Shown here: one piece after another, positions 12,542-24,300 of the stretch | Layout: every line of letters starts with the position of its first letter | How positions within the stretch are numbered: the first letter of the stretch is position 1 | Assembly (NCBI GenBank): GCA_010909165.1 | Contig: VJWM01000235.1 | Span: 1 to 64,000 of the forward strand | DNA length: 64,000 nt | Source: Anthoceros angustus | Taxonomy: Eukaryota; Plantae; Anthocerotophyta | Direction of reading: 5' to 3' | Notes under the pieces: model-generated | The model's database searches: none | Told to the model about the DNA's origin: nothing | What the model saw: the letters and a program-made list of their open reading frames with translations, nothing else | Position numbers and translations under genes: made by a program

Positions 12542-14666
12542 TTAAGCATGGTCCACGAGGTGAGGATGTCGCTCAACTAGGCTTTGTAAGTTCTTGAGAC
12601 TACATCTAAATTGAGCCAAAGCTCGCTCTCGACCGACATTCAAGTTCATATCCTCAGCAATGTCCTGAATGGTTTCACCTGGCACGATATTTGCTACCTC
12701 AACTTGCTCTTCGCATCCCGCTGGTTGTAGAAGCTGAAGTGTTTCAGTGTCTTGTGAGAATTGCTCGCGAGGCTTATGGTGCATAAGCTCCTGCACCAAA
12801 GAAAGTGTGGGCATGAGCTTGTGGAGTAGCATCAGCACCTTAACTTGGTGCTTACAAGTGTGCCCTTGTGCAGCCCAAGGGCATGAGCACGTTGCCCAAC
12901 TTCCGTCAACATTGGAGACCACATATGCCATACCCTCATTGTTCTTGCCTGCAAGGACATAAGCATTTCTATCCTTTGCAGTTGGGAGAAACACAAACAT
13001 ATCCACTATTTTGGCAGCCTTAGCCACTGCATGCTCTACCATACGTTCAAGCTTGCTATTTCGAACGAAGCCATGCTCCTTACACTGTTGTTGATACCAA
13101 AAGTGCACATCTACTCATCTACTAAAATATCTAGAAGCCAATCAACACGCCTACCTCAGAATAACCGCAGGAAGCTCTCACCTTCAAATGAAGATGGTAT
13201 GCTTCAATCGAGCTATTGTCTTGCCTGCGGCACCGTCTGACTTTGAGCCACATGTGTATGATGTTGCCCCACTGGTGCTTGAAGTACTTGATGAAAGCTG
13301 GAAAGAGTGGCTCATATTGGACATACAGATCTACCAATTTGAGCTTTGCTGCTTCCTCTGAAATGTGTGGTGACCCTCTGAGGTACATAATGTCACCCAA
13401 CTTTTGCATGATGTCCGCCCTTGCCTGCCCATTCTTCACTTTCTGCAATAAGTTTCGTAACCATGCACGCCTTACGTGCCAAAGGCATAAGAATACCAAC
13501 ATGCCATCCCCAAAAATGTACTTGATGGCATTGATCTCCGCTTGGCAGTCATCTACTAAAAACGCGTTGGGCTTCCAAGTTGGGTCTACCAGCGTTGCCC
13601 GTGCCCGCAACACTTGTAACCATTTGGACATTCCCGCTCCATCAACCTCCTTGCACAACACCCAAGCCACTGGAATCCCGTTCATGAAGTTATCGAACAC
13701 CAACAAACTGACCAGCTAGAAATGCCACTTATTCAATCCAAAGGTGGCATCCATAGCTATGATAGAGTTATGCCCCATGTAACCATCATCTCCAACATGA
13801 ACGGTGTCTGCACACCGAGCACAAAACTGGTTGGAGCCATGCTTGAAATAGCAGGATTCTCGGGATAGAAAACTAATTGCTGACGTCCATCCAAATACGG
13901 ACACTCTCGTCATTGCTGTAGTATATGTCCGAGTGAGACATAGGCTTCCATATTTTGGACATCCTTTGGTGTCAAAAATCATCCTCGTAAACTTGTAACT
14001 GCATCCTCCGCTGCTTTCTCATGCACTCCTTCTTCGTGGTCAAGCAATATCATTGTTTAGGTACTTGACACAACAACTTGTGCCGCACCCACCTCCTCTT
14101 TTCTTGTGTGGGGCTAGCCAGGTGATGGGATAGGGGACTTGGCATGAGTTCTCCATGATGTAATTCACGTGGCATCCGTGTGAAAACAATCGCAACCTCA
14201 CTTCCACTATGTCAGGCCACTTAAGTAACCGGGTCACAACAAATTGGAAGAGGCATCCACGTTTCTTACTCATCGTTCGACGTCTACTGCCCGCCCCTGT
14301 CTTGGGCCTCACATTTGGAGCAAGGAAAGAAGCCGTCATAGCAGCCTCCCCACGACGGTCATCAGGCCCATACTGACAATGGTAGATTGTCACCTCGCTT
14401 CCTTGTGTGTCTTTGACGTGCTGCTTTGGTTCCGCGGTCTTCACCCAATGACGCAGCTTGATGAAGCAGGTGGGAAAGCAAGCATTTGCTTTCTCACCTG
14501 CAATAAAATCACCTACACGGTCAGCAGGAATGTAAGGCTTAGCGCGCTTCACATTCCTGTGCATTTTCATCTTCCCTTGATGATTGCCCACAGCCCATGA
14601 CAAATGCTCCTTGCTGAAGATGCCGGGTTCCGGTGTCTGCACTTGAGTGTGAGGCAAATGTTCCAT
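12542..14666 (-). mobile_element. Degenerate Mutator (MULE) transposase with SWIM zinc finger
   Basis: MDATFGLNK, NGIPVAWVL, FLVDDCQAEINAI..FLCLWHVRRAW (MULE DDE domain), NSSIEAYHLHLK, CSCPWAAQGHTCKH (SWIM). In-frame TAG at 13716-13718 interrupts the domain. TIRs not found. Confidence 0.9.
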
Positions 14667-15579
14667 TTTGCTGACATCACGATATTGGAGAGGCTGCCGC
14701 TCGCTTCCTCGATCGTATTCGTCAAGCTTCCCTCTGAACTGAACTGCATTTGAAGTGGGTTAGAACAGAGAAGCAGAGCAACAGAGTTGGAAAGGAAGGG
14801 GAGAAGTGGGTTACATCACTCGGAGTCATTTTGCATGAGCCCAGCCTGGGCCGCCGGGCCGGGCCGGGCCCTGTCTCCTACTAAACGACACAATTGTCAG
14901 ACGCTTACTTTCTCAACATATGTACCATCCTTTCGAAGGAGTCAGGACTCAGGACCCAGCCCGACAGAATCCCTGCAGCGCTCTGGAAGAGAGATACTGC
15001 TAGCATGGCTCCAATCAATGCTTCTCTCAAATAACCCTCGTTTTCTTTGGATATGGTCATGATGGCAAGTTGACCTCGTCGCATAAGCCTGAACCTGGCA
15101 GGCGTGCAAGGGTCGAAAATGGCCGTCGTGAATGTTGGAACCGTGAGCATGTTGGGTCAACAGCAGGCAGCAGGGAAAGCTTACCTCCTGAGGCAGTTGG
15201 AGCCCTATAATCTCTCGCCACTCTTATATAGGTATTTTTCTGTCTCTGGTTTACACGGTTACACAGTGCCCAACTCTAAAAAATGTGGGACTCTTTCTCT
15301 AACCTGTATCCAGTGAGTGCGGAATCGGAAGCACATGCTTGACTAGTAGAAGGATGACATTGATATCATTTCCATCATAATATGTGATATTGATAATAGG
15401 TAGTTGAAAGGTTTTCAGCTTGCAGCTTTTGATGAGTACCATGTAATCCCTTCTTCTCATTCTCACTACTGTATTCCGAGGGGTGGTTCAACACGGCAAT
15501 GCCGTAATAATTATTTTTAATTTTTTAAATAATTATTTTTTTGAAAAAAAATAAAGTTCAATATAAATATTTATATTTT

Positions 15580-17008
15580 TAAAATTTCAACATATAGTTC
15601 CTCATAGTTCTTCATATCAACTTTGTAGTTCTTGCTCAACCTTTCTGACCTAGCACAACAATACAGTACTTAGCACCAATTATACATATCATAGTAAACA
15701 ACAAACAAAATATCAAACTTACACCACAAAATCTCTAGCTGAGTCTTTGGAAAAATTAAAGTCCGCAATCTTCAAATTGTACAACTCCTCTCCTCCCCAG
15801 ACCCCAAACCTGGACATACAATAGTAGGCACACTTGCGAGTATTATGAATTAGTAACTTCAACCTTGGTTGTACCTTGAGTAAAATCAAAAGAAGAACAG
15901 GGAAAGCTAAATAGCAACTTCACCTTTTTTGAGCCCCTCTTGGAAAAGTAATCTGATGGTCTGGATGGCTGAGGATCAAAAATTCCTCACCATCTGTGAT
16001 GAGTTTTGTCTCGTTCTTGGTAGAAATTATACTCATATCCTTGCTAATCTTCATTGACGCCACAAGGGCAGCATGTGTACCTGTAAAGCATCCATGAAAC
16101 ATATTTATCATGGGGACATGAATTTGCTCCAAAGTGCATTCCCACACAAAGATTCTATTGAATCCATGAAACAATGACATAAGCCTGCCACAAAGAAATT
16201 ACGAATTAGAACCGTGAAAACAGTTTAAGACCAGCCTAAAAACTGAAACAGGTTTTGGAAAATGAAAAGTACAATGACGTTTCATGATAAAAACGTTTTC
16301 CATCCCTTGTACTTCGAAGGGATGGAAAAAACGCATTAGAAGAAGGTTAAGATCCTTAACAAGTATGTCTTCAATCGCAGCAACCCATCGTTTGACACCA
16401 CTGATCTTCAAAAAATTTCGAAACCTACTCTTGACCCAATTATTTTGCTTCTTACTACCACTAACCCTACCCGACATAGCATCCTTAACAGCATTTTCAG
16501 GAAAATCTGGGTCAAACCCTTGTTCAACACAACTAAAACAGTCAACTTCATCCTCACACACTGAATGGTCATTAAGGTTAGCTTTCATATGCTCATACAT
16601 TTCATAACATTCATCATCAGGAACCACTTCAAGCACATGCAAATCATCAGGTAAAGCAAACTCACCAACATCAGAGGTTTTCCCATTTGGCTGCAACTCC
16701 AAAGATTTTGCCAGGCAGACATATCTAATCTGCAAGCACTCTTTAGCAGCATTCAAAATTGAAGGATCTATAGTAAGCAATCTAGTAGACTCCCCAACAA
16801 AATGCACCCCTCTCTCTGTAACAGGCACATAGTTAGTCATCTCAGTCAAGGGCCCTTCAACCATATGCAGAGGTTGCGTATTCAGTCGTTCTCTTTTCTC
16901 ACAGTACTCTGCAGCACACCGAGCAGCTTCCTTCCTTGAGAACTGCCTAGGAGGACCCGACATTGATTGAAAAGGAACTAGGAAGGTTCCCTCATTGTTG
17001 ACCACCAT
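15580..17008 (-). mobile_element. Spliced, decayed DUF3504/Crypton-like tyrosine recombinase gene
   Basis: Collinear motifs NNWVKSRFRNF, DLNLLLMRF, LMSLFHGFNRIF, ALVASMK, ITDGEE, PRGAQKR, CAYYCMSRFGV(W)GGEELYNLKIADF. After a 73-nt GTAAGT..CTAG intron (15722-15650): SERLSKNY. C-terminal catalytic half absent. Confidence 0.75.
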
Positions 17009-17041
17009 CCCATCAATAGAAGAAGAAGAAGAATTTTATTT

Positions 17042-17230
17042 AAGTCCACTAGGACGGATTTCCGTCATGGGACTTGGTACTTAACAACTTGTACCATGGT
17101 ATGCCTAAGCTACTTGCACCAAGGGCATCCATTCCCTTTAGGCACCCCATCTAAGTACCGATCCAAGCGCAGGATGCTTAATAATCACGTGCTTATAAAT
17201 GTGTGTCCATTTTGGCCTAAGCCATTTGGA
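17042..17230. repeat. Dispersed repeat, copy B, directly upstream of the recombinase ATG
   Basis: Homologous to 1375-1550. Confidence 0.85.
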
Positions 17231-20200
17231 CCTTCAATAGCTCCATCCACCTTCTCACCCAAAGTGTTTCCAGTAGTATGAAATGGGCTTTGCTATGACC
17301 TCAGTAGTGGTCTTAGTCTTCTGGGGCTCTGGTGGCCTTTCCATCCTTGCCTTCGGAGGCTTTTGCAAAACAAAAGAGGTAAGTATTTATTACAATAGAT
17401 TTAAAAAGATCAAAACAGGGATTGACTATGACATTATTATCCAGAGGATGAGATGTTCCTGCTATATAACTCAAAGCGATTATAATAGACAAGGTTAGAA
17501 ATGACTCAACAAGCAAATAGAACAGGTTTCCTTGGACATCAAGAATATGGCAAAACCTCCATGAATTCTACAACCCATCTACATCCCAGAAAGAATTAGA
17601 AAAGCCATATAGCCATCTAACGTCAACACCAAAAAAAACTATAAACAAAAAAAAAAAGAAACCCAACAAGTCGAATCTTCAATCTAAAAGGAAAACCCCA
17701 ATAATGGAATGGTCCTACACATGAAGTGATGTATTAGTGACTGTGAGATGGGTGATATATACTGGACAAAAAAAAAAATGTATGTATTTAGAACAACTGA
17801 ATTTTGAATCACTTACAAAAAAAGAGGTGGAAAGTTTGACTTGACAAATGACCTCAAATCCAAAGCAATCCTGCTCCAAAACAATCCAGATTTATCGATA
17901 AACAATATAAACAAAGATTATCATATAGTCTAAGGGGCAAGGCTTGGACTGGGCATGATACATATCAAACAAGATTTTTCATTGACACATCCAAAGAAAA
18001 AAACACAACCACAATGTTAAGAACGATACTTTCTCATCTCTTGCAGATTGCTAGATTTGGAAAATTTTGACTGGTGTCATTTAAAAATCAAGGTAGTCCT
18101 GCTTCAAAACAGCCAAGTTGAAATAGTCAGCAGAGGTGCAACGGGGCTTGAACTGAGCATTACACACAACATTCAAACAGACTATTTCAATTAAAACAGC
18201 GCACAACAACCTGGCCGGACACTTTTATCCCAATAATAGAACTAATCACCTTCCAAAAAAATCCCCTGACACAATACGCACAAAAACTATTACTTCTCAA
18301 TTTAAAATGAAACAAGAACAGAGCGCATATGTTACTGTGGATAATTTACTAAAGAGGAGGATACACTGAGGAGCTGTGTATGTTTGTGTGAGATTGCAGT
18401 TAGACTTGGTGCCATAATTGATTGTTCAAGCAACATGTTTGTGTCCGCTTGAACCAGGTGTTTGAAACTCAACCTCAATGTAAGCAGGAGTTGAATCAAA
18501 GCGGAAAAATGATCAATTTTGGTGAGTTCTATTGTAGTGGTGATTGGTCGATGCTTTTCCTATTGAAAACTTCCACGCCACAGATTTCCCGTTCTTGGAC
18601 ATCTTGTGCGTCCATGCGTTTGCAACCTCGTCTTATCCGGATGCTTGGCTTGTTGTTTTGGGTAGGATTCTTGCTTTTTTTTTTTGCTGTTGGGTTGAAA
18701 AATCATTTTTATTTGGTTGTGTAGTTATGAAGTGTCCGACAATCATTGCGAGAAGCCTTTACTACCTCTAGTGCCGTCATATAAAAGAAGCATAAGTATA
18801 TTTCAATGTACCTGTGAGTTTCCTTCATTTTTATTGTAGCCAATCAAAATATCTTCTTGCACATTTTGTTTTGCTTCACCCTTGTGGCCGGTTGTGAGAA
18901 CGTTGTTTGCTTCATCAGTTTTAACGGGTTGTTTCCTTTTCGTTATACACATGTCTGATGTGGGTTTTAATTTGAATTGAACCTTGCTGGCTGCGCAGTA
19001 ACCAGATCACAATTCAGAGTAAGCTTTTTGGCATTTCATTCAAAGCTTTTAATATTGATTCTCTCACAGTTCAACTTGTTTGCATTTTTATTCTAATAAT
19101 GCTTGACTGTGCCTGTAGTTTACTTCAAGGGCCGCGATCAACACATGTCAACGCGTTTGCATTCACAGTGTCTCACAACTACACATCTGCGTGTTGACAA
19201 TTTGTAAGTTGTGTCCCTCACACATCGTTTCTATCAACAAAGGTGTTTTCTGAATAATCCAATTCAATCTGATTGTCCTGAACATGTCGTTTTAATTTCA
19301 TTCTGATTTTCCAAGGCTTGATTACAAAACACTAAGTATTAGCAATCACGGAGTTTGTTTAAGCATTTTCTTGTGTGACCATCTTTGCAGGCAATATCCT
19401 ATGATTCAGTCGATAAAATGGTTGATGTGCGCAATATGCGCCACCTGCGTGACTAATTGATGCAGGTTGTTAACAACACTTACCAAAAAACAGAGGCCAT
19501 TGAAACTAAAGTCAACCAAATAGGGGATATGTGTGAACACTTGGAAACCATAGTGGACTAAATCCTAGTCAAAGTCTACAATGTGAACAACATTCCCCCC
19601 AAGTGGTCCTCAAGTCCGCTACGTAGCAAACTTTCCCAATATCATTTTATTGGGGATATAGAGGACATTCCAATTATGATAGAAGACAAGATCCTAGCAA
19701 CAATGATCTTCAGTAAGCTAATTAAGTTTATTCTAAGTAATTGATATCGATTGCAGAAAATCAGAAACTGGGACAATCTTTTAACTTTTATGAAGCCTAT
19801 TTCAGAGCCTTAGTAGGCAGCCCTTTACTGGGAATTGGCAAACAAAAATGAAGACAGCAATACTTAATCAATGTAATTTTTATTTCACAGATTCATAAAT
19901 ATATTTAAATTATTTATGAATTGTATTTACTTATTTATTATTTAATTTATTACAGACAATTGATGATAAGCATTTTGGAAATAGCTCCAAGCATCCTGAA
20001 AATTTTGAAGTGAAAGGATAGAATATTTTAACCCACAAGACTGAACAGTGAACGAACTTTTTCAGTATCAAACTTGGACTTACAATTAAAAAATCAATAT
20101 TTACTGTAGAGAGAGATAAAATTCTGTATAGACTTGTTAGCCGCTGCAGCAACCTGTCCATACTGGGCTCCTTACGTCGCCCTGCAGTCGAGAAAGGAGC

Positions 20201-20469
20201 GGGTCTTGCCTCCTATCCCGGTGGCGCATTTTACGCCGCAGAACTGGCGCCGGTCGGGTGGAGAATACACAACATAATTCAAATCGGTCGGGAATTGAAC
20301 TACGTTGTGTATCCATGGGTCGGGAATTCAACTGGCGCCGGGTCCCTCCCCGCCCCAGTTCCGTAATACGTACCTTCTATCCACTGAATAATAACGATAA
20401 GAGTAATACTAAAACTGGCATTCTTGCTGCTCGCTGGGGAGCACCAGCAACTCCTCTGCTCAGAACAGG

Positions 20470-22650
20470 GATGGTTTCTGTTTTGATGAGAGTTGCAGGC
20501 CTTTTACAAAGACATCAAGCCCACAACATTGCTTTGGCCCTCACATGATAATAGCATCTTCTCTGCCTCATCTAAATCGCCAGCACGCCCAAGAAATCAA
20601 TCATGCAGGTGTATTGCTCAATAGTAGGTTTGATGCCATGCTGTTCAGCCATGGAATCAAAGTGGTGGCCACCCTCGAGGACCAGTTCCTCATGACTGCA
20701 TGATTCTAAAAGGCAAGTAAAAGTAGTACCATCAGGCTGAATACCAGCAACTAGCATCTCTTCAAAACAAGCTAGAGCCTTGTGACCACCATCACAAGCA
20801 CCATACCAGATATCAGGGGGGTCCACGTGACCACATTCTTTGTGTTCATGCTGTCAAAACTTAGCGTGCATCTTCCATTCACCACACTTTGCATATATGT
20901 CCACCAGGCAGGTGCCCACCACTTCGTCATCCAGCAGTCCTCTTCCAATAATCTGCGAGTGCACCTGCCTGCCCTTCTGTAAGGCACCAGTGCTTGAACA
21001 GGCCTTCAGAAGCCAAGAAAAAGTAACAAGGTTAGCCAAAAGCAGGCCCTTCAGCTCGGATCCATTTGTCCATACACAACAAGCGCCTCTTGACCGTCCT
21101 CTTGCTGTGCATACCCAGCGATCAGCGCTGTCCATGTCACAACATCCATTGAGGCCAAGCTGTCAAAAACCTGGCGGCATCTTCCAGTTCACCACATTTT
21201 GCATACATGTCCACTAGGCAGGTGCCCACCACTACGTCATCAGCAGTCCTCAAACGACTATCCGTGAGTGCCTTCCTTAAGTCGTCAGTACTACCACAGG
21301 CCTTCAGAAGGCAAGAAAAGTAACATGGTCAGTCAAAATGAGGCCCGCCTCCTCCATTTGTCCATACACAACAAGCGTCTCATGGCCAAGCCCTTGCTGG
21401 GAATACCCAGCAATCAGCACCGTCCATGTCAACACATCCTTTGTGGCCATGCTGTCAAAAACCTTGCGTGCATTTTTCAGTTCGCCACATTTTGCATACA
21501 TGTCCCCCAGGCAGTTGCCCAGAAACAAGTTTGTAGGAATGCCACTCTGCACCACATCACAGTGCACTTTTCTGCAAGATTCCAAGCGGCGGCAAATGCA
21601 CAAGCCTGAAGGGCAGCTACAAAGACGTGACCATGGGCCTTCTCTCCTGACTTCCGCATCTCATGGTCCAGTTGTTCCGTGATAACATCTAGTTTGGCTA
21701 TCCTGCTGGACACGTCCTTGCCTCCTCTAGCCTACCTCCACATGCATACATGCGCAAGATATGGTTCCCCAAGATATGTGCATTCGACTCGTACCCAAGT
21801 TTGACAGTCCTTCCTAGCTGTACACAGTTTCAGCACAGTGCAAAACAGCGACTGAGAAATAGTAGAGTCTGTCTGCGCCAGAGATTCCAGGGCTCCAACG
21901 GCCACGGCAAGCTTCCCCTAGTGACATAACGTGCTCAAGGTTACAAGATTACAGCAGTAATGACGCCCAATTCCGAACCTGCACGCCTGCAAGGTTCAGG
22001 CTTATCCGGAGAGCTGGACTCGGAAGTGGAGGCACCAATAGCCATCTGCATATCCAAGGAGACGAGCTGCTCATCAAGCCAAGCTGGCTTAACAGGATAT
22101 TTAACAACGGCACCCTGCCAGACCACTTCCGCCGGACGTCAGGCGAACGGGAGCTCTTATTATCTCGCCTTTTGTCCCACCACATGGTAGGGTCCAGAAA
22201 AAAATGTTGCCACAAGCTGCACCTGGAGCCTGTGGTTGCCAGGGGTTTACTCCCTAAGATGAGGTGAGCGGGAGCTCCTCGTCGAATCCCCAATTTGTTT
22301 GGTGCACAACGGGTTCGGTTGCCATACTGTGGCCATCGTTCAGGGACCGCTGTTCGAAGATGAGCCTGACAACAGACTATGGCAGAATGCCCAAGTACTG
22401 TTTATGGCACATGGTCACTGTTGACTTCGGGCTGCTAAGGCCAGCTGATGAAGAAGGAAGTGCTACAACACCAATGTTTGCGACATTTTGCCGCAGGTGA
22501 TACATCCAGACTGGGCGATGAGCTCCCTTGCTTTTCAGAACATGGCATTTCATTTTCCTGCTGGTAGGCCGTAGATGTGGTAACCCGGACCGGGGCCGGG
22601 GCTGAGGCTCTCAGCCAGCCCATTGCATGATGGAGATTCAATATTCTGTA
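20470..22650 (-). pseudogene. OSB-type PDF motif + PLS-PPR + E-domain pseudogene
   Basis: LWQHFFLDPTMWWDKRRDNKSSRSPD ... PAWLDEQLVSLD, then LGNHILRMYACGGRLEEAR, several PPR repeats (GNCLGDMYAKCGELKNARKVFDSMATKDVLTW), and HFDSMAEQHGIKPTIEQYTCMIDFLG..DEAEKML. Many frameshifts. Confidence 0.85.
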
Positions 22651-24300
22651 CGATATGGAAAATGCACCCAGTAATACAAATTCTCTAAGCGAATATATAA
22701 ACAATATAAATAATCAATATAACAATAATATAATACATCTTTGGATTGCACCCAGATATTTTCACATGATGAATTAGGGGTGTGGTGCATGTAGGGATTA
22801 GCAGCGTCCATGCTTAAAATATTATAGCGAGATTAGTTAAGTCGATCTAAGATTGAGTATGAGATGATTAATGACTAATTTTTCAAGTAAATATATTCTA
22901 GATATGTGTCTAAGCTAGAAATGGCATATAATTGTGGAGTACATAGGAACTTGCAATTGTGGTGCACATAGAAATTAGCAATGTAAATGCTTCAAATATT
23001 ATCATAAGACGGTCAAGTTCATCTAAAATTTGAATACCAATAAGATATTCATGTGAATAGAATTAATCATTTAAGTGAGTGCATTTCAAACATGATACAT
23101 AGTAATCCTCATCCTTTAAAAGTGGGTTTAGTTATGAGGTAGTGTCAAATGTATATAATTAATCTCATCATTAGCTCGCAACTTCATGGAAGATTTCAGC
23201 CATAACAATTAAAGTAACGGACGTCAGGCGAACGGGAGCTCTTATTATCTCGCCTTTTGTCCCACCACATGGTAGGGTCCAGAAAAATGTTGCCACAAGC
23301 TGCACCTGGAGCCTGTGGTTGCCAGGGTTTACTCCCTAAGATGAGGTGAGCGGGAGCTCCTCGTCGAATCCCCAATTTGTTTGGTGCACAACGGGTTCGG
23401 TTGCCATACTGTGGCCATCGTTCAGGGACCGCTGTTCGAAGATGAGCCTGACAACAGACTATGGCAGAATGCCCAAGTACTGTTTATGGCACATGGTCAC
23501 TGTTGACTTCTGGGCTGCTAAGGCCAGCTGATGAAGAAGGAAGTGCTACAACACCAATGTTTGCGACATTTTGCCGCAGGTGATACATCCAGACTGGGCG
23601 ATGAGCTCCCTTGCTTTTCAGAACATGGCATTTCATTTTCCTGCTGGTAGGCCGTAGATGTGGTAACCCGGACCGGGGCCGGGGCTGAGGCTCTCAGCCA
23701 GCCCATTGCATGATGGAGATTCAATATTCTGTACGATATGGAAAATGCACCCAGTAATACAAATTCTCTAAGCGAATATATAAACAATATAAATAATCAA
23801 TATAACAATAATATAATACATCTTTGGATTGCACCCAGATATTTTCACATGATGAATTAGGGGTGTGGTGCATGTAGGGATTAGCGTCCATGCTTAAAAT
23901 ATTATAGCGAGATTAGTTAAGTCGATCTAAGATTGAGTATGAGATGATTAATGACTAATTTTTCAAGTAAATATATTCTAGATATGTGTCTAAGCTAGAA
24001 ATGGCATATAATTGTGGAGTACATAGGAACTTGCAATTGTGGTGCACATAGAAATTAGCAATGTAAATGCTTCAAATATTATCATAAGACGGTCAAGTTC
24101 ATCTAAAATTTGAATACCAATAAGATATTCATGTGAATAGAATTAATCATTTAAGTGAGTGCATTTCAAACATGATACATAGTAATCCTCATCCTTTAAA
24201 AAGTGGGTTTAGTTATGAGGTAGTGTCAAATGTATATAATTAATCTCATCATTAGCTCGGGCAACTTCATGGAAGATTTCAGCCATAACAATTAAAGTAA
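22133..24300. repeat. Tandem duplication, 2 x ~1085 bp (22133-23217, 23218-24300)
   Basis: Near-identical copies; CGGAC present at all three junctions. Confidence 0.97.

Noticed and set aside
15478-15545. ACGGCAATGCCGT palindrome as a Helitron end or TIR
   Set aside because: No CTRR at the right spacing and no partner terminus found in the window.
20135-20528. Solo LTR (TGTTAG...CAACA)
   Set aside because: No TSD, and the right part is the continuing PPR E-domain.
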